Below are positions 1-9,765 of a stretch of DNA of 64,000 nucleotides, piece after piece (positions within the stretch are counted from its first letter, which is position 1; each line of letters starts with the position of its first letter). Under the pieces are notes generated by a model. The model ran no database searches. It had not been told where the DNA came from and worked only from the letters and a program-made list of their open reading frames with translations. The position numbers and the translations under genes are program-made. The stretch is taken from assembly GCA_041750285.1 (NCBI GenBank), contig JBGSZS010000009.1:32001-96000 (forward strand), given 5' to 3'. The stretch is from Candidatus Fermentibacteraceae bacterium. GTDB taxonomy: Bacteria > Fermentibacterota > Fermentibacteria > Fermentibacterales > JCC-6.

Positions 1-84
1 TTTGCCGGGACCAAGCCCCCCGTCGAGAAAACACCCGGAAAGGAGCAGAGCCGCCAGGATGAACGGCAGTGAGGTTCTTGTCAT
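1..84 (-). CDS. Lipoprotein, 5' end only (runs off window start)
   Basis: Manual translation from ATG at 84 after SD AAGGGAGG: MTRTSLPFILAALLLSGCFLDGG..., a hydrophobic signal with lipobox LSGC. Confidence 0.7.
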   Translation of the reverse strand, partial: MTRTSLPFILAALLLSGCFLDGGLGPGK

Positions 85-197
85 GGTTCCCTCCCTTTTC
101 CATGCTGCGTTTGCTGCGAAAGATATCCTGAAGCCCGCAATGAGGCCTTGTATCAATAACCCCGGGTGATGGTTTTGAAAAGCCGTCAAAAATGGAA

Positions 198-219
198 CCG
201 GGGCGCCGAAGCGCCCCGG
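198..219 (-). terminator. Probable intrinsic terminator of the C25 peptidase gene
   Basis: Perfect 9-bp stem CCGGGGCGC-TTCG-GCGCCCCGG on the minus strand followed by TTCCATTTTT, ~20 nt after the stop. Confidence 0.75.
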
Positions 220-240
220 AGCTGCAGGAATGGAAGGAAC

Positions 241-2181
241 CTAGCGGACCAGTGTAACCTTTGCCGTGGCTATCTGGCCGCCCTGGGTGAGCCTGAGGAA
301 GTACACGCCGGTGCCAAGATCCTGGTTGTTCCAGGTGATGGTTGCCTGACCGTCAAGGTTGCCCTGGAAGGGTCTGGACACGAGACGGCCCGCTATGTCG
401 TAGACCGAAAGAGAGGCGGGACCGCCCAGGCCGGACATGTGAACGGGAACCGTTCCCGACACGGGGTTGGAAACGGACACGGTGATGGGAGCAAGGAACG
501 CGCCCTCTGACTCGGTTTCGATGCCGGTCATGGGCCAGGTCTTGGTCATCACGCTGGGGTCGCCGAAGAGGTGGTAGGCCTCGTAGTAGTATTTGGTGCT
601 GCCGCCTCCGGAGTAGTAGGTGAACACGGCGAGAAGGCCGCCGTTCATGTAACCCATGGGCCAGTGAACGTCGTCACCCAGGAAAAAGTCGTACTCGCCC
701 CTCTGCTGAACATCGTCCTCGTTCCAGTAGGTGCTGGGCCAGCTGCCCCAGAAGTAGAGGCCGCCCCTTCCCGGTGTGCGTGTCCAGGTTTCGGCCCAGC
801 AGGTGCCCACGTTGTACTGCCCCGTATTGCAGGCGTGTGAAAGAACGCCCGGGAACATGCCGTCGTTGGTGAGCTGGTTGAAGTCGGATGAGCCGAAGCT
901 CATGTCGGCCCAGCTCGTGCTGCTGCCATGACCGCTGAAGGTGATCATGGAAACGCCGGCGTTGATCGCGGTGACTGCCTGGGCGGCCGTTCCGCCTGAG
1001 TGGGGGTAGACCTTGGTGCTCAGGTAACCGCGGGGGGTGGCATAGGTGTCGATGCAGAAGTTGTGGGTGCCCTCGGTGATGTTGTAGTTGTCGCTTGAGG
1101 CAATCCAGAGAAGCTTCTGGACCCAGCCAAGCACGCCGACAGTGTTTTCGTAGTCGATCACCCTCTGAGCCATGAGGACGGTCTGCCCGGTGTTCTGAAC
1201 GCTGAAGCGGCCGATGAACGCGTCGGGGATGTAACCGCCGTCGTCGAGGGCAACGTAGTAAAGATCCGTGCTTCCGCCGGTTGCCGTGGCAGGCATGCCG
1301 GGTACGTACTCAATGTCACCCACCAGAAGAACGTATACAGGTGGATTCGTCCAGGTTTCGATGGCATTGTGGATGTAGCTCTGGATCTGGGTGGCGGTTG
1401 AGCCGGTCACTGAGAGGTCCACCATGGTCACATCGAAGCCGAGGGCTTCCTTGTGGGCAACGAAAGCGTTCATGCCGGTGGTCACGAAGTCGGAATGGCC
1501 GATGATGAGGTAGGGCGCCGGAGGAGTGTCGAGACCGGACTCAAAGGTGCCGTAGTTCGCGGTGAAGCTTGCGAGGAGAGTGTCGAACTCGTTGCAGGCC
1601 ATGCGGCGGGCGCTGTCGTAGCTTCTGCCGATGTCGCCGCCCGTGAAGACGAGATCGATGTCGGCCGAAGAGAGGAAGGTGAAGCCGCCGGAGGGGTCCC
1701 ACCGAACGGGCGTGACTTCGATCATGGCAAGGTTCCGTCCCCGCATCTCGCCGGCGTAGACAACCCTCACCCAGTCGGAGGGGTAGGGAGTACCCTGTGA
1801 GTATACCGAAGGGTCGTGCACCACTGTGAAACTGTCACGCGGACGGCTTTTTTCCGCGCTGATGACCGCGGGTTCAACGGGAAGCCCGGTGCCGTCGAAG
1901 GTCTCGATCCTGTTTTCGTTGACGCTGACATCAACCGTGGCGCCGATGGGGATCTCGATCCAGGTGCGGTAGACCGGAAGCCTGGGAAAACCGGCTTCGG
2001 AAAGGTTCACGGCATCATCAAGCGTAACGGTTGCGTACTGCACGCCGCGCATGAAAACGGTTCCGAACTGCGGAACAGCGGCCGTGAGCGAAATGCTCAT
2101 GCCTTCCGCGGAACTTTCGGTGACGGTGATTCCGGCAAAACCGGCCGCCGCCGCAAGAACAAGAACAGCAAGAATTTTCAA
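241..2181 (-). CDS. Gingipain-like C25 cysteine peptidase with propeptide and T9SS-like C-terminal domain
   Basis: Signal peptide from TTG 2181 (SD AAGGAG). C25 motifs: propeptide G.PRLPV, YVLLVGD, IGRFS, catalytic GHG and HAC, LFGDP. C-terminal NP..YDIAGRLV..GVYFLRL. Confidence 0.85.
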   Translation of the reverse strand: MKILAVLVLAAAAGFAGITVTESSAEGMSISLTAAVPQFGTVFMRGVQYATVTLDDAVNLSEAGFPRLPVYRTWIEIPIGATVDVSVNENRIETFDGTGLPVEPAVISAEKSRPRDSFTVVHDPSVYSQGTPYPSDWVRVVYAGEMRGRNLAMIEVTPVRWDPSGGFTFLSSADIDLVFTGGDIGRSYDSARRMACNEFDTLLASFTANYGTFESGLDTPPAPYLIIGHSDFVTTGMNAFVAHKEALGFDVTMVDLSVTGSTATQIQSYIHNAIETWTNPPVYVLLVGDIEYVPGMPATATGGSTDLYYVALDDGGYIPDAFIGRFSVQNTGQTVLMAQRVIDYENTVGVLGWVQKLLWIASSDNYNITEGTHNFCIDTYATPRGYLSTKVYPHSGGTAAQAVTAINAGVSMITFSGHGSSTSWADMSFGSSDFNQLTNDGMFPGVLSHACNTGQYNVGTCWAETWTRTPGRGGLYFWGSWPSTYWNEDDVQQRGEYDFFLGDDVHWPMGYMNGGLLAVFTYYSGGGSTKYYYEAYHLFGDPSVMTKTWPMTGIETESEGAFLAPITVSVSNPVSGTVPVHMSGLGGPASLSVYDIAGRLVSRPFQGNLDGQATITWNNQDLGTGVYFLRLTQGGQIATAKVTLVR

Positions 2182-2295
2182 GGCATCTCCTTTTTCTTTG
2201 AAGAACCGCTCAGACTGCGGTGGTGAATAAAAAATCACATCAAGGGTTGTAGATTTCTATAATAGGGAAAGTTCCAACCCGGGTAAAGGAGTTTC

Positions 2296-4395
2296 GTGAA
2301 AGCTGTTTTTACATTGCTTCTACTCCTTGCCGTTTCGGGAGAGCTGCATGGGGGGGACGGCATAGCCCTGGTATTGTCGGGGGGAGGCGCCCGTGGGCTC
2401 TCGCACATAGGTGTGCTGATGGCGCTTGAAGAGGAGGGCGTTCCCATCGCAGCGCTTGCGGGCACCAGCATGGGTGCCCTGCTCGCAGGGTTGTACGCCT
2501 GCGGCTACAGCGCTTCACAGCTCGACAGCATCGCGGAAAGCGTCGACTGGGACCGCCTGTTCAGCTCCACCCCCGATGCCCGGATGGCGCTGCTGCCGGA
2601 CAGGATCAGAGGCAGGCAGGACCTTGTAACCCTCAATCTCAGGGGCCTGATGCCCGTCATACCGTCCAGCGCGATCTCCAACATGCGCGTGGGTCTTCTT
2701 CTTTCATCACTGACGGGCCCCCTGCAGGTGCTGCGGGGGTCCTCTTTCGATTCGCTTCCGATCCCCCTCAGGGTTGTGGCGGTCGACATCCCCTCCTGCA
2801 GACGGGTCATGTTCCGTTCGGGTGACCTTTCCAGGGCGCTGCTGGCAAGCATGGCAATACCCGCCGCCTTTCCTGCGGTAAGGGACGGGGACATGCTGCT
2901 TGTGGACGGCGGCATTTTCGACAATCTCCCGGTCGACGCAGCGGCAAAGGCCTGGCCTGACCTGCCGGCCCTCGCCGTCGACGTGGGTTCACCCTACCCC
3001 GATTCGTTCCCCGATGAACCCTCGCTGCTCGACATGGGTGGCTTTGTTTTCGACGCGATGTCGAAAAGGGTGAACGACCAGCACATGGCGGAGCCGGAAT
3101 GGTATTTCCGTCCCGACCTGGGAGACACGAAACTGTGGAGCTTCGACTCACTCGACAGCCTTGTGCATTGGGGCTACACACAGACAATTGACTGGCTTGC
3201 ACAGAATCCCGACATTCCCCGCGGAGCCCCTCCACGTGAGCCCTTCACAGCTCCGGTCTACACGCTGAGAAACCTTCTCATTGCCGGCAACCGAAGGGTT
3301 TCTTTTTCAGCGGTGAGCGCCTGGCTCCTTCTCGAAAGGGGCGATTCAATACTGCCATCGACTGTTCGGGACGCCTCCGAGGAGCTGTACGCCTCGAATC
3401 TCTTCGAAAGCCTCAGGTTCAGGATGTACCCGGGCGACACTTCCAACAACGTTGACATCGCATTCACCCTGAAGGAGAAAAACCCGGCATCCCTTGGCAT
3501 AGGGCTGACATACCACAGTGACTACGGTCTCGACGGAAGGATAACGATCGACCACCGCAACACATTCAACCGTGGAATGACCGGGATCATCAATGCGGGA
3601 GGGGGCGACAACTACGCTTTCCTCGAGGGATCGCTGAACACCGGGGCGGGGCGGGGCTATCTTCGCCTCGAGGGAAGCATGTACCAGATCAAGGCCGGGG
3701 AGCCGAGCCGTGACGGAACATCTCCCGAACGCATATGGGCCGACCACCACCTTTCCCTTTCTTCGGGCCGAACCGTATCCTGGTTCGGGCTGACGGAAAC
3801 GGGCATCGGCTGGTTCGGCCGCCGGTACAGCGGTTTCTCCCGCGAGGGTTTCCCGGCCGTTTTCCTGAGGGCTACCGCTGACACAAGGGAGAATCCCTCC
3901 GCAATGGCGCCGGGAACTTCGTTATCCCTTGGCTTTACGGTCTGTCCCCAACCCAGTCACCGGCACAACATGTTCACCTGGAATTTCGAAGGCATGGCTG
4001 AGACCGGATACGGTTTCACCTCCGGCCTTGCCACCTGGGGCCAGATCCTGACGGGGCGGAACTACTCATGGCAGGACTCCCGCTGCACGTCTGAGTGCTC
4101 CATCCCGGGCTACAGGTGGAATTCACTTCCCACAAGACAGAGGACCGCCGCGAGCGTGCTGCTGCAGCATAAACTGGTGGGACCGGTCAACGCCGGTCTC
4201 ACAGCCGCCGCAACCTGGGACTACGAAACGATCCGTACCCCCAGTGACGGTGTCCTTCACTACGGCGTGGGGGCTTATCTTCAGATGAACGTGCCGGGTG
4301 GATCAGCAAAACTCTCCGTTGGGCTTCCCGATGAAGGCTCCATGCGCTGGACAGTCTCAATGGGAAGCGATTACTCGTTCGGACCGGGAAGGTAG
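2296..4395 (+). CDS. Patatin-like phospholipase with POTRA and beta-barrel (PlpD / type Vd-like)
   Basis: Signal peptide, GGGARG, GTSMG (Ser nucleophile), DGG, POTRA-like IAGNRRVS..LYASNLF, then beta-rich C-terminus. Confidence 0.8.
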   Translation: MKAVFTLLLLLAVSGELHGGDGIALVLSGGGARGLSHIGVLMALEEEGVPIAALAGTSMGALLAGLYACGYSASQLDSIAESVDWDRLFSSTPDARMALLPDRIRGRQDLVTLNLRGLMPVIPSSAISNMRVGLLLSSLTGPLQVLRGSSFDSLPIPLRVVAVDIPSCRRVMFRSGDLSRALLASMAIPAAFPAVRDGDMLLVDGGIFDNLPVDAAAKAWPDLPALAVDVGSPYPDSFPDEPSLLDMGGFVFDAMSKRVNDQHMAEPEWYFRPDLGDTKLWSFDSLDSLVHWGYTQTIDWLAQNPDIPRGAPPREPFTAPVYTLRNLLIAGNRRVSFSAVSAWLLLERGDSILPSTVRDASEELYASNLFESLRFRMYPGDTSNNVDIAFTLKEKNPASLGIGLTYHSDYGLDGRITIDHRNTFNRGMTGIINAGGGDNYAFLEGSLNTGAGRGYLRLEGSMYQIKAGEPSRDGTSPERIWADHHLSLSSGRTVSWFGLTETGIGWFGRRYSGFSREGFPAVFLRATADTRENPSAMAPGTSLSLGFTVCPQPSHRHNMFTWNFEGMAETGYGFTSGLATWGQILTGRNYSWQDSRCTSECSIPGYRWNSLPTRQRTAASVLLQHKLVGPVNAGLTAAATWDYETIRTPSDGVLHYGVGAYLQMNVPGGSAKLSVGLPDEGSMRWTVSMGSDYSFGPGR

Positions 4396-4397
4396 AC

Positions 4398-4739
4398 ATG
4401 AAGGTATTGCGCAGACCGGGCATCAGACCGGCAAGAGTCATGGAGGATGGGGCATCGGGAGTCAGCGAGGCGCTGATCGCGGACCAGGCGTCAGGCTGCG
4501 GCAGGTTCAGCGCCAGAAAAGTCTTCATTTCGGCCGGGGGCAGGACTGCCCGTTTCGGCTCGGCGGCGGGAACGCTGCTTGCCCTCCTTGAAGGCACAGC
4601 CGGGATCGCTTCGCCCGATGGGGGGCTTGAGATCATTCTCCCGGGAGATTCCGTTGTCCTAGCCGCAGGTGAAGAGTGCAGGGTGATCAATCACGGGGAT
4701 GACAGGGCTGTCATTCTGAAGGTGGAGGGTATTCGATGA
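4398..4739 (+). CDS. Small cupin-like protein
   Basis: 113 aa with LLEG...ILPGDSVVLAAGEECRVINHG cupin pattern; directly follows the patatin gene. Confidence 0.55.
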   Translation: MKVLRRPGIRPARVMEDGASGVSEALIADQASGCGRFSARKVFISAGGRTARFGSAAGTLLALLEGTAGIASPDGGLEIILPGDSVVLAAGEECRVINHGDDRAVILKVEGIR

Positions 4740-4870
4740 GCAGGCTGGTCGCTCTGATTCTGGCGCTGGCGGTTCTTGGTGCCGCATGCGGAAACGAAGG
4801 CCCCGAGGCCGCGGGCGAATCGGTTCCGAGGGTTTCGCAGCCGCAGGACACAACGGACGCGGGTGACTGA
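4736..4870 (+). CDS. 44-aa small lipoprotein (not in ORF track)
   Basis: ATGA overlap with cupin stop, SD GGAGG; MSRLVALILALAVLGAACGNEGPEAAGESVPRVSQPQDTTDAGD with lipobox-like GAAC. Confidence 0.65.
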   Translation: MSRLVALILALAVLGAACGNEGPEAAGESVPRVSQPQDTTDAGD

Positions 4871-4876
4871 TTCGTC

Positions 4877-6013
4877 TCAGTGACGAACCACAGTGCCATC
4901 ACTGGAATCTGAAGGTGTATCCGTGTCATCACTATCACGGCAAAGGGTTTTTTCGGTGTAGGGGTTGTTCATCAGGCGAACCAGCCCGGCGTAGCCGGTC
5001 CTGAACCTTACCGTGTCGCCGACCCTGACCGATGGACCATGCGAACCCAGGTTCAGCACCGTGACATCGCTGCTTGCACCGGCTATCTGAAACTCCGGGT
5101 TCACGGGCGAAAGCGAGGAAACCTCAGTATCCAGCTCACCAACAGTGACTACAGCCCTGTAGCCCCTCTCGCCGGGAGTGTGGCTGCCGCTGTCCACAGT
5201 GTTCTGAAATGGATGCAGGTCATCGCTTGTCTCACCGAAAGGTATCAGGTTCTTCTCCTTGACCTCGATGACCTCCGCCTCGAGTGTGAAGGCATCCTCT
5301 CTCAGGCCGGGCAGTGTTCCCCCGTTCATGAGGTCTGTGCCAAGAAGGATGCTCTCACCCACCCTGAAATGGTTCAACTGTCTGGGAACCCTGCCCTGCA
5401 GCAGAAAAGGCAGTGTGGCACTCGCACCGGCAGATATGAGTGGGATCCGTCGGTCGAACTTCAACTCCAGGAGTTCCCGGTAGAGAACGAGCTGCATCGT
5501 CTGGTCAGAGTTGGGAACGGTCCCCGAAAGACACCCAAGGTTGGATCCGATGCCCAGGACTTCAATATGCTCAAGGTTGAACACATCCCTGTATGTTCCC
5601 ACGAGGCTTCCCGGCAGAATTCCTTCCCGCAGGTCCCCAAGCTCTATCATCAGTATCACTTTGTGCACGACACCCTGCGTCTCCGCAACCCTGTTGAGTT
5701 CCTTCACCGTACCCAGTTCAGTATTCAGCGAAACATGGGCGTGGCGCACGACTTCCGCCTGCTCGACCGATGCGGGTGCCCGGAGAAACCATTTCTCCAT
5801 CCCTTTGCACAAGTGTTCGAGGGCGACAAGATTCGTGATCCTGGAATCGGCCACCGAGGACACGCCACTTGCAACGAGAGCTTCGACCGCAGGGGTAAAA
5901 CCGCACAGCGCTTTGGTGACGACCGTAAGGGAAGCGTTGTGCCGGCTTACCCAGTCATGGACCGTTCTGTAGTTGTGAACCAGGGCGTCGGTGTTGGCAA
6001 CGATCCTGTTCAC
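4877..6013 (-). CDS. Fold-type III PLP alanine/ornithine racemase family enzyme (Orr/YhfX-like)
   Basis: VVTK (PLP Lys), VADSR, MIELGDLREG, GIGSNLGCLSG, FRVGE, GASSD. Confidence 0.85.
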   Translation of the reverse strand: MNRIVANTDALVHNYRTVHDWVSRHNASLTVVTKALCGFTPAVEALVASGVSSVADSRITNLVALEHLCKGMEKWFLRAPASVEQAEVVRHAHVSLNTELGTVKELNRVAETQGVVHKVILMIELGDLREGILPGSLVGTYRDVFNLEHIEVLGIGSNLGCLSGTVPNSDQTMQLVLYRELLELKFDRRIPLISAGASATLPFLLQGRVPRQLNHFRVGESILLGTDLMNGGTLPGLREDAFTLEAEVIEVKEKNLIPFGETSDDLHPFQNTVDSGSHTPGERGYRAVVTVGELDTEVSSLSPVNPEFQIAGASSDVTVLNLGSHGPSVRVGDTVRFRTGYAGLVRLMNNPYTEKTLCRDSDDTDTPSDSSDGTVVRH

Positions 6014-6456
6014 TCAAGCCTCATCTCGGCGTACCTGCTTCTGAATCCCAGCCTCTCATACAGACGCTTCGCGGGATTGTCGTACTCCACATGGAGCTTG
6101 ACCGCGGCACCCCCGCACTTTTCCATGCTCTGCAAAATCAGAGAGGTTCCGATCTTCTCGCCTCTTCTCAGAGGACTCACCGCGACGTAAAGAAGAAGGT
6201 AAGGCGGAACAAAGCCCCTCATATGCGTTTCAAGCATCACGAGCGCACCCACGGGGGAACGGCCGTCCATGGCCAGGGCAACAAAACCGCCTGCAGAAGC
6301 AACAGGAGAAAGTGCCTGTTCAATACCGCTTATTATATCATTGATTGGGTCTTCATAGGGCTTCAATGACTCGTGAAGAAAACTTGCCAGCTCTGACAGG
6401 CCAATACTTGCAGAAAGGTCATCAATATTTTCGATAAGAGTTATTTCGTATGAAAT
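6010..6456 (-). CDS. GNAT N-acetyltransferase (probable ATT start)
   Basis: YVAV..RGEKIG, LHVEYDNPAKRLYERLGF GNAT motifs. Frame is open to ATT at 6456, 7 nt after AAAGGAGG, with an in-frame TAA just upstream. GTGA overlap with the racemase. Confidence 0.8.
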   Translation of the reverse strand: MSYEITLIENIDDLSASIGLSELASFLHESLKPYEDPINDIISGIEQALSPVASAGGFVALAMDGRSPVGALVMLETHMRGFVPPYLLLYVAVSPLRRGEKIGTSLILQSMEKCGGAAVKLHVEYDNPAKRLYERLGFRSRYAEMRLE

Positions 6457-6496
6457 TTCAGTCCTCCTTTGTTACATAATTTTATTTCGTTTTTAT

Positions 6497-6525
6497 AATA
6501 TACCATAACACATTGCCCGTGTAAA
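6497..6525 (-). promoter_or_regulatory. Sigma70-type promoter for the GNAT-racemase operon
   Basis: TTTACA-N17-TATATT with TGn extension in an AT-rich divergent intergenic region. Confidence 0.5.
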
Positions 6526-6610
6526 CCCCCCACCCAGCAAGTCCGCCATCTGACACTTGGCAAGTGCCATGTTCTTGGTTACGTTTCGATCGTGGGGGTG
6601 TGATCAATAC

Positions 6611-7828
6611 ATGTCTGCAAAGTTTGTCACCGGACTGGCGGGCGCGGGCGACTCGGTCGCCACATCTGAGAATGCCCTTGAGGAAGCCATGGGCAAGCTC
6701 GGAGGCTCAACCCCCGGGCTCGCGATGGTTCACGCCTCATCAAACTGTGACTACAGGAAGGTTCTGGAAACCGTAAGGGCCCGAGTCGGGAGAATCCCCC
6801 TTATCGGCTGCTCCACGGCAGGCCACTTCACAGAAAACCGTGTCGGGGCAGGAGGTGTGGCTGTTGGCCTGCTCTCTTCCGACTCAATGGTTTTCTCCAC
6901 GGCAATTGCACAGGGGATAAGGAACGACCCTGAAGATGTGGTCAGAAAGCTTGCGCAGGGCATTCCCACTGTGGAACCAGGAAGGCACCTCACTGCCTTG
7001 CTGTTCGCGGACGGTCTGTCAGGAGCGGGCGAAGAACTGTCCCTCTGTGCCTCCCGGCTTTTCGAGAGGTATTCGGGAAGCCCGGTGACTCTGATCGGTG
7101 GCTTTGCCGGCGATGACCTCCAGTTCCGCGAAACCAGGGTTTTCCATGGCCTGCAGGATTCGTCCGATGCCGCTGTAGTCTGCTTCATTACATCGGAGAA
7201 ACCGTTTCACACTGGGGTGAAGCACGGTCATACGCCTCTGAGCCAGCCTCATACGGTGACACTCGCGAAGGGCAACAGGGTTTACGAGGTTGACGGCAGA
7301 CCTGCGTGGGAAGTGTGGTCGCGGGAAACAGGCTACGCAATGGAGCATCTGAAATCCAGATACCGCGTAAACAGCCCCGAAGACCACTCCAAACTGGTAC
7401 TGGGCAATTTCGAACTTGGGCTGTCCACCGATGGCGAGGAGTACAAGATCCGCTTCCCCATGTCCGTGAACCCCGACGGCTCACTGGTTTTCACCTGTTC
7501 TATCCCCGAGGGTTCGGTATTCCGCATAATGGACGGCAGCAATACTGACGCCCAGATCGAAGCATCGATGCTCGCTGCCCGGGCCGCTTTCACCGATGCC
7601 GAAAGTTCCGGTCAGAAGGACTTCGCCGGAATGCTCGTATTCGAGTGCGGGATACGCCTGGCCCTTCTGCGGGACAGCTTCACCATAGCAATCGACTCGT
7701 ACCGCAAACTCCTTCCCGGCAAGCCTGTTCTGGGCTGGGAAACATACGGCGAGATTCGCATGCCTCCCGGAAGCTTCAGCGGTTTTCACAACACGACAAC
7801 GGTCGTGGCACTGATTCCGGAGATCTGA
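6611..7828 (+). CDS. FIST domain protein (FIST_N + FIST_C; NosP-like)
   Basis: IGCSTAG, LFADGL, GGFAGD, HGHTP..VT..GNRVYEVDGRPA, FECGIR, GWETYGE, FHNTT. Confidence 0.9.
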   Translation: MSAKFVTGLAGAGDSVATSENALEEAMGKLGGSTPGLAMVHASSNCDYRKVLETVRARVGRIPLIGCSTAGHFTENRVGAGGVAVGLLSSDSMVFSTAIAQGIRNDPEDVVRKLAQGIPTVEPGRHLTALLFADGLSGAGEELSLCASRLFERYSGSPVTLIGGFAGDDLQFRETRVFHGLQDSSDAAVVCFITSEKPFHTGVKHGHTPLSQPHTVTLAKGNRVYEVDGRPAWEVWSRETGYAMEHLKSRYRVNSPEDHSKLVLGNFELGLSTDGEEYKIRFPMSVNPDGSLVFTCSIPEGSVFRIMDGSNTDAQIEASMLAARAAFTDAESSGQKDFAGMLVFECGIRLALLRDSFTIAIDSYRKLLPGKPVLGWETYGEIRMPPGSFSGFHNTTTVVALIPEI

Positions 7829-7831
7829 AGC

Positions 7832-9658
7832 ATGGATGCTGAAGGAAGGTTGTCGAGTCCGTTCGATACCCCTTTCATGGTCCCGGTAAGGGAGATCGTG
7901 CTTGCGCTTGCTGAGATCTCCAGTATCGAGGCAGCACAATCAAGGGTAACAGATTCTCTTGCAGCGATCGACCTGCAGAACCGGAGCGTCCTCACACCCA
8001 AGCAGGCCGGTCGGCTCTGCTCCCTTCTCATGCGGCAGGGCGGTCTTGTGTCCATGGTCGCTGAGAGCTTTATCAACAGCCTCGAGAAACGCCTTCTCAA
8101 AACAGTGGAGCAAACGCTCTGGCGCTCCGAGGAGATGCTGGGGACCCTGGTCGACACCATTCCGTCTGCCATATACATGAAGGACACCCAGGGGCGCCTC
8201 ATCCTCGTGAACGAAGCATATGAGAGGATGGCGGGAAAAACCCGCGACCTGATAATCGGATGCATGGAGAGAGACGTCCTTCCGGAAGACACGTCGATTC
8301 AGAATGGCAGGGTTGACCGTTGGGTCCTTTCCGAGGGAAAGCAGTTCCGGCACGAATTCGGCATGGAGTCTTCGGGGCGGCACCATATCTTCGAAGCCGT
8401 CAAAACACCCGTCAAGAACGGGGAGGGTGAGGTGGTCGGTCTGCTGGGCGTTCTTAACGACGTCACCGACAGCAGGTTGATTCAGGAGGAGCTTCTCAAG
8501 GCGGTCAGACTGGAGTCGGTCGGGCAGCTCGCCGGCGGTATCGCCCACGACTTCAACAACCTCCTTACAGTGATACTCGGCGCGGCTTCCCTCGCGGCTC
8601 GAAAAGCTGAACAGGGCCAGGATCCGGGAAACACACTGCAAAGACTCCAGGAAGCCGCTCAGAAGGCGAAAGCCCTGACGCACAGGCTGCTAACCTTCAG
8701 TACCGGCGGGGCCCCGATAAAGAGCATCACCGATTTCCGGGAACTGCTTGAAGAAGCGGTGGAGCTAGCGATCTCAGGCACCACGATCCGATGCGTTTTC
8801 GAGTTTCCCGATGAACTCCACATGGTTCACTGCGACAGCAGCCAGGTTTCCCAGGCGATTCGCAGCATTGTCCTCAATGCGGTTCAGGCCATGCCTGGCG
8901 GCGGGACCATCACGGTATCGGCGGCAAATGTCAGGATCAGCGATTCCAGGATCAGGGATAACCAGGATAAAGGGGAAAGCCTTCCCCTGGATTCGGGCGA
9001 ATACATAAGGTTCTGCATCAGGGATCACGGTTCAGGGATACCCCGCGAGATAAGCTCACGCATCTTCGATCCCTACTTCACCACCCGTGACAAATCCACG
9101 GGACTTGGGCTGCCAACAGCTTACAGCGTTCTGAGGCGCCATCGCGGTTTCCTCAGGTTCGAACCTCCCCCCGGGGGAGGCGCCGCCTTCTACGGCTACC
9201 TGCCATCCGCGGGCGATGTCCCTGCACAGAATGAAACTGGCAAGGTTTCCATGGGCAATCTGAGAATCCTTGTCATGGACGATGAACCCATGGTTCTGGA
9301 GACCATCGGAGAGATGCTGGAAGCCCTTGGTCATTCCGCCGGGCTGGCGGACTCCGGGGAAAAGGTTGTCAGAATGTACGAAGAAGCCCTCGAAGCAGGT
9401 GCCCCCTACGACCTTCTGATCCTCGACCTCACGGTTCCCGGAGGCGTGGGAGGTGAGGAAACCCTCAAAATCCTGATGAGCAGATACCCGGGCGTGAAGG
9501 CTTTCGTCTCAAGCGGTTACTCAAACAACCCCATCATGGCCAACCATGAACGATTCGGCTTCGTGGGAGTTATAGCCAAACCCTACCACCTCGAGCAATT
9601 GGGGGACACAATACTGAATTATCTTGCGGCGGAAGGGCAGAATACAAAACACGAATAG
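7832..9658 (+). CDS. PAS-domain hybrid sensor histidine kinase with C-terminal receiver
   Basis: PAS (KDTQGR..VNEA), H-box GGIAHDFNNLL, N-box NAVQAM, G1 DHGSGI, F-box FDPYFTT, G2 GLGL, receiver ILVMDDE..DL..SSGY..KPY. Confidence 0.92.
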   Translation: MDAEGRLSSPFDTPFMVPVREIVLALAEISSIEAAQSRVTDSLAAIDLQNRSVLTPKQAGRLCSLLMRQGGLVSMVAESFINSLEKRLLKTVEQTLWRSEEMLGTLVDTIPSAIYMKDTQGRLILVNEAYERMAGKTRDLIIGCMERDVLPEDTSIQNGRVDRWVLSEGKQFRHEFGMESSGRHHIFEAVKTPVKNGEGEVVGLLGVLNDVTDSRLIQEELLKAVRLESVGQLAGGIAHDFNNLLTVILGAASLAARKAEQGQDPGNTLQRLQEAAQKAKALTHRLLTFSTGGAPIKSITDFRELLEEAVELAISGTTIRCVFEFPDELHMVHCDSSQVSQAIRSIVLNAVQAMPGGGTITVSAANVRISDSRIRDNQDKGESLPLDSGEYIRFCIRDHGSGIPREISSRIFDPYFTTRDKSTGLGLPTAYSVLRRHRGFLRFEPPPGGGAAFYGYLPSAGDVPAQNETGKVSMGNLRILVMDDEPMVLETIGEMLEALGHSAGLADSGEKVVRMYEEALEAGAPYDLLILDLTVPGGVGGEETLKILMSRYPGVKAFVSSGYSNNPIMANHERFGFVGVIAKPYHLEQLGDTILNYLAAEGQNTKHE

Positions 9659-9765
9659 CGGGTTCTGCATCATACCGAAGTCCGGAACTTGCCGTAGATT
9701 CTGCGTGAAACAGGCGACAGACTGAATTGCGCCGTTCCGGGATCAGATGCGGGATGCCCGGATCA

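Noticed and set aside
5039..6190. 383-aa plus-strand ORF
   Set aside because: Antisense shadow of the racemase/GNAT genes; no recognisable motifs
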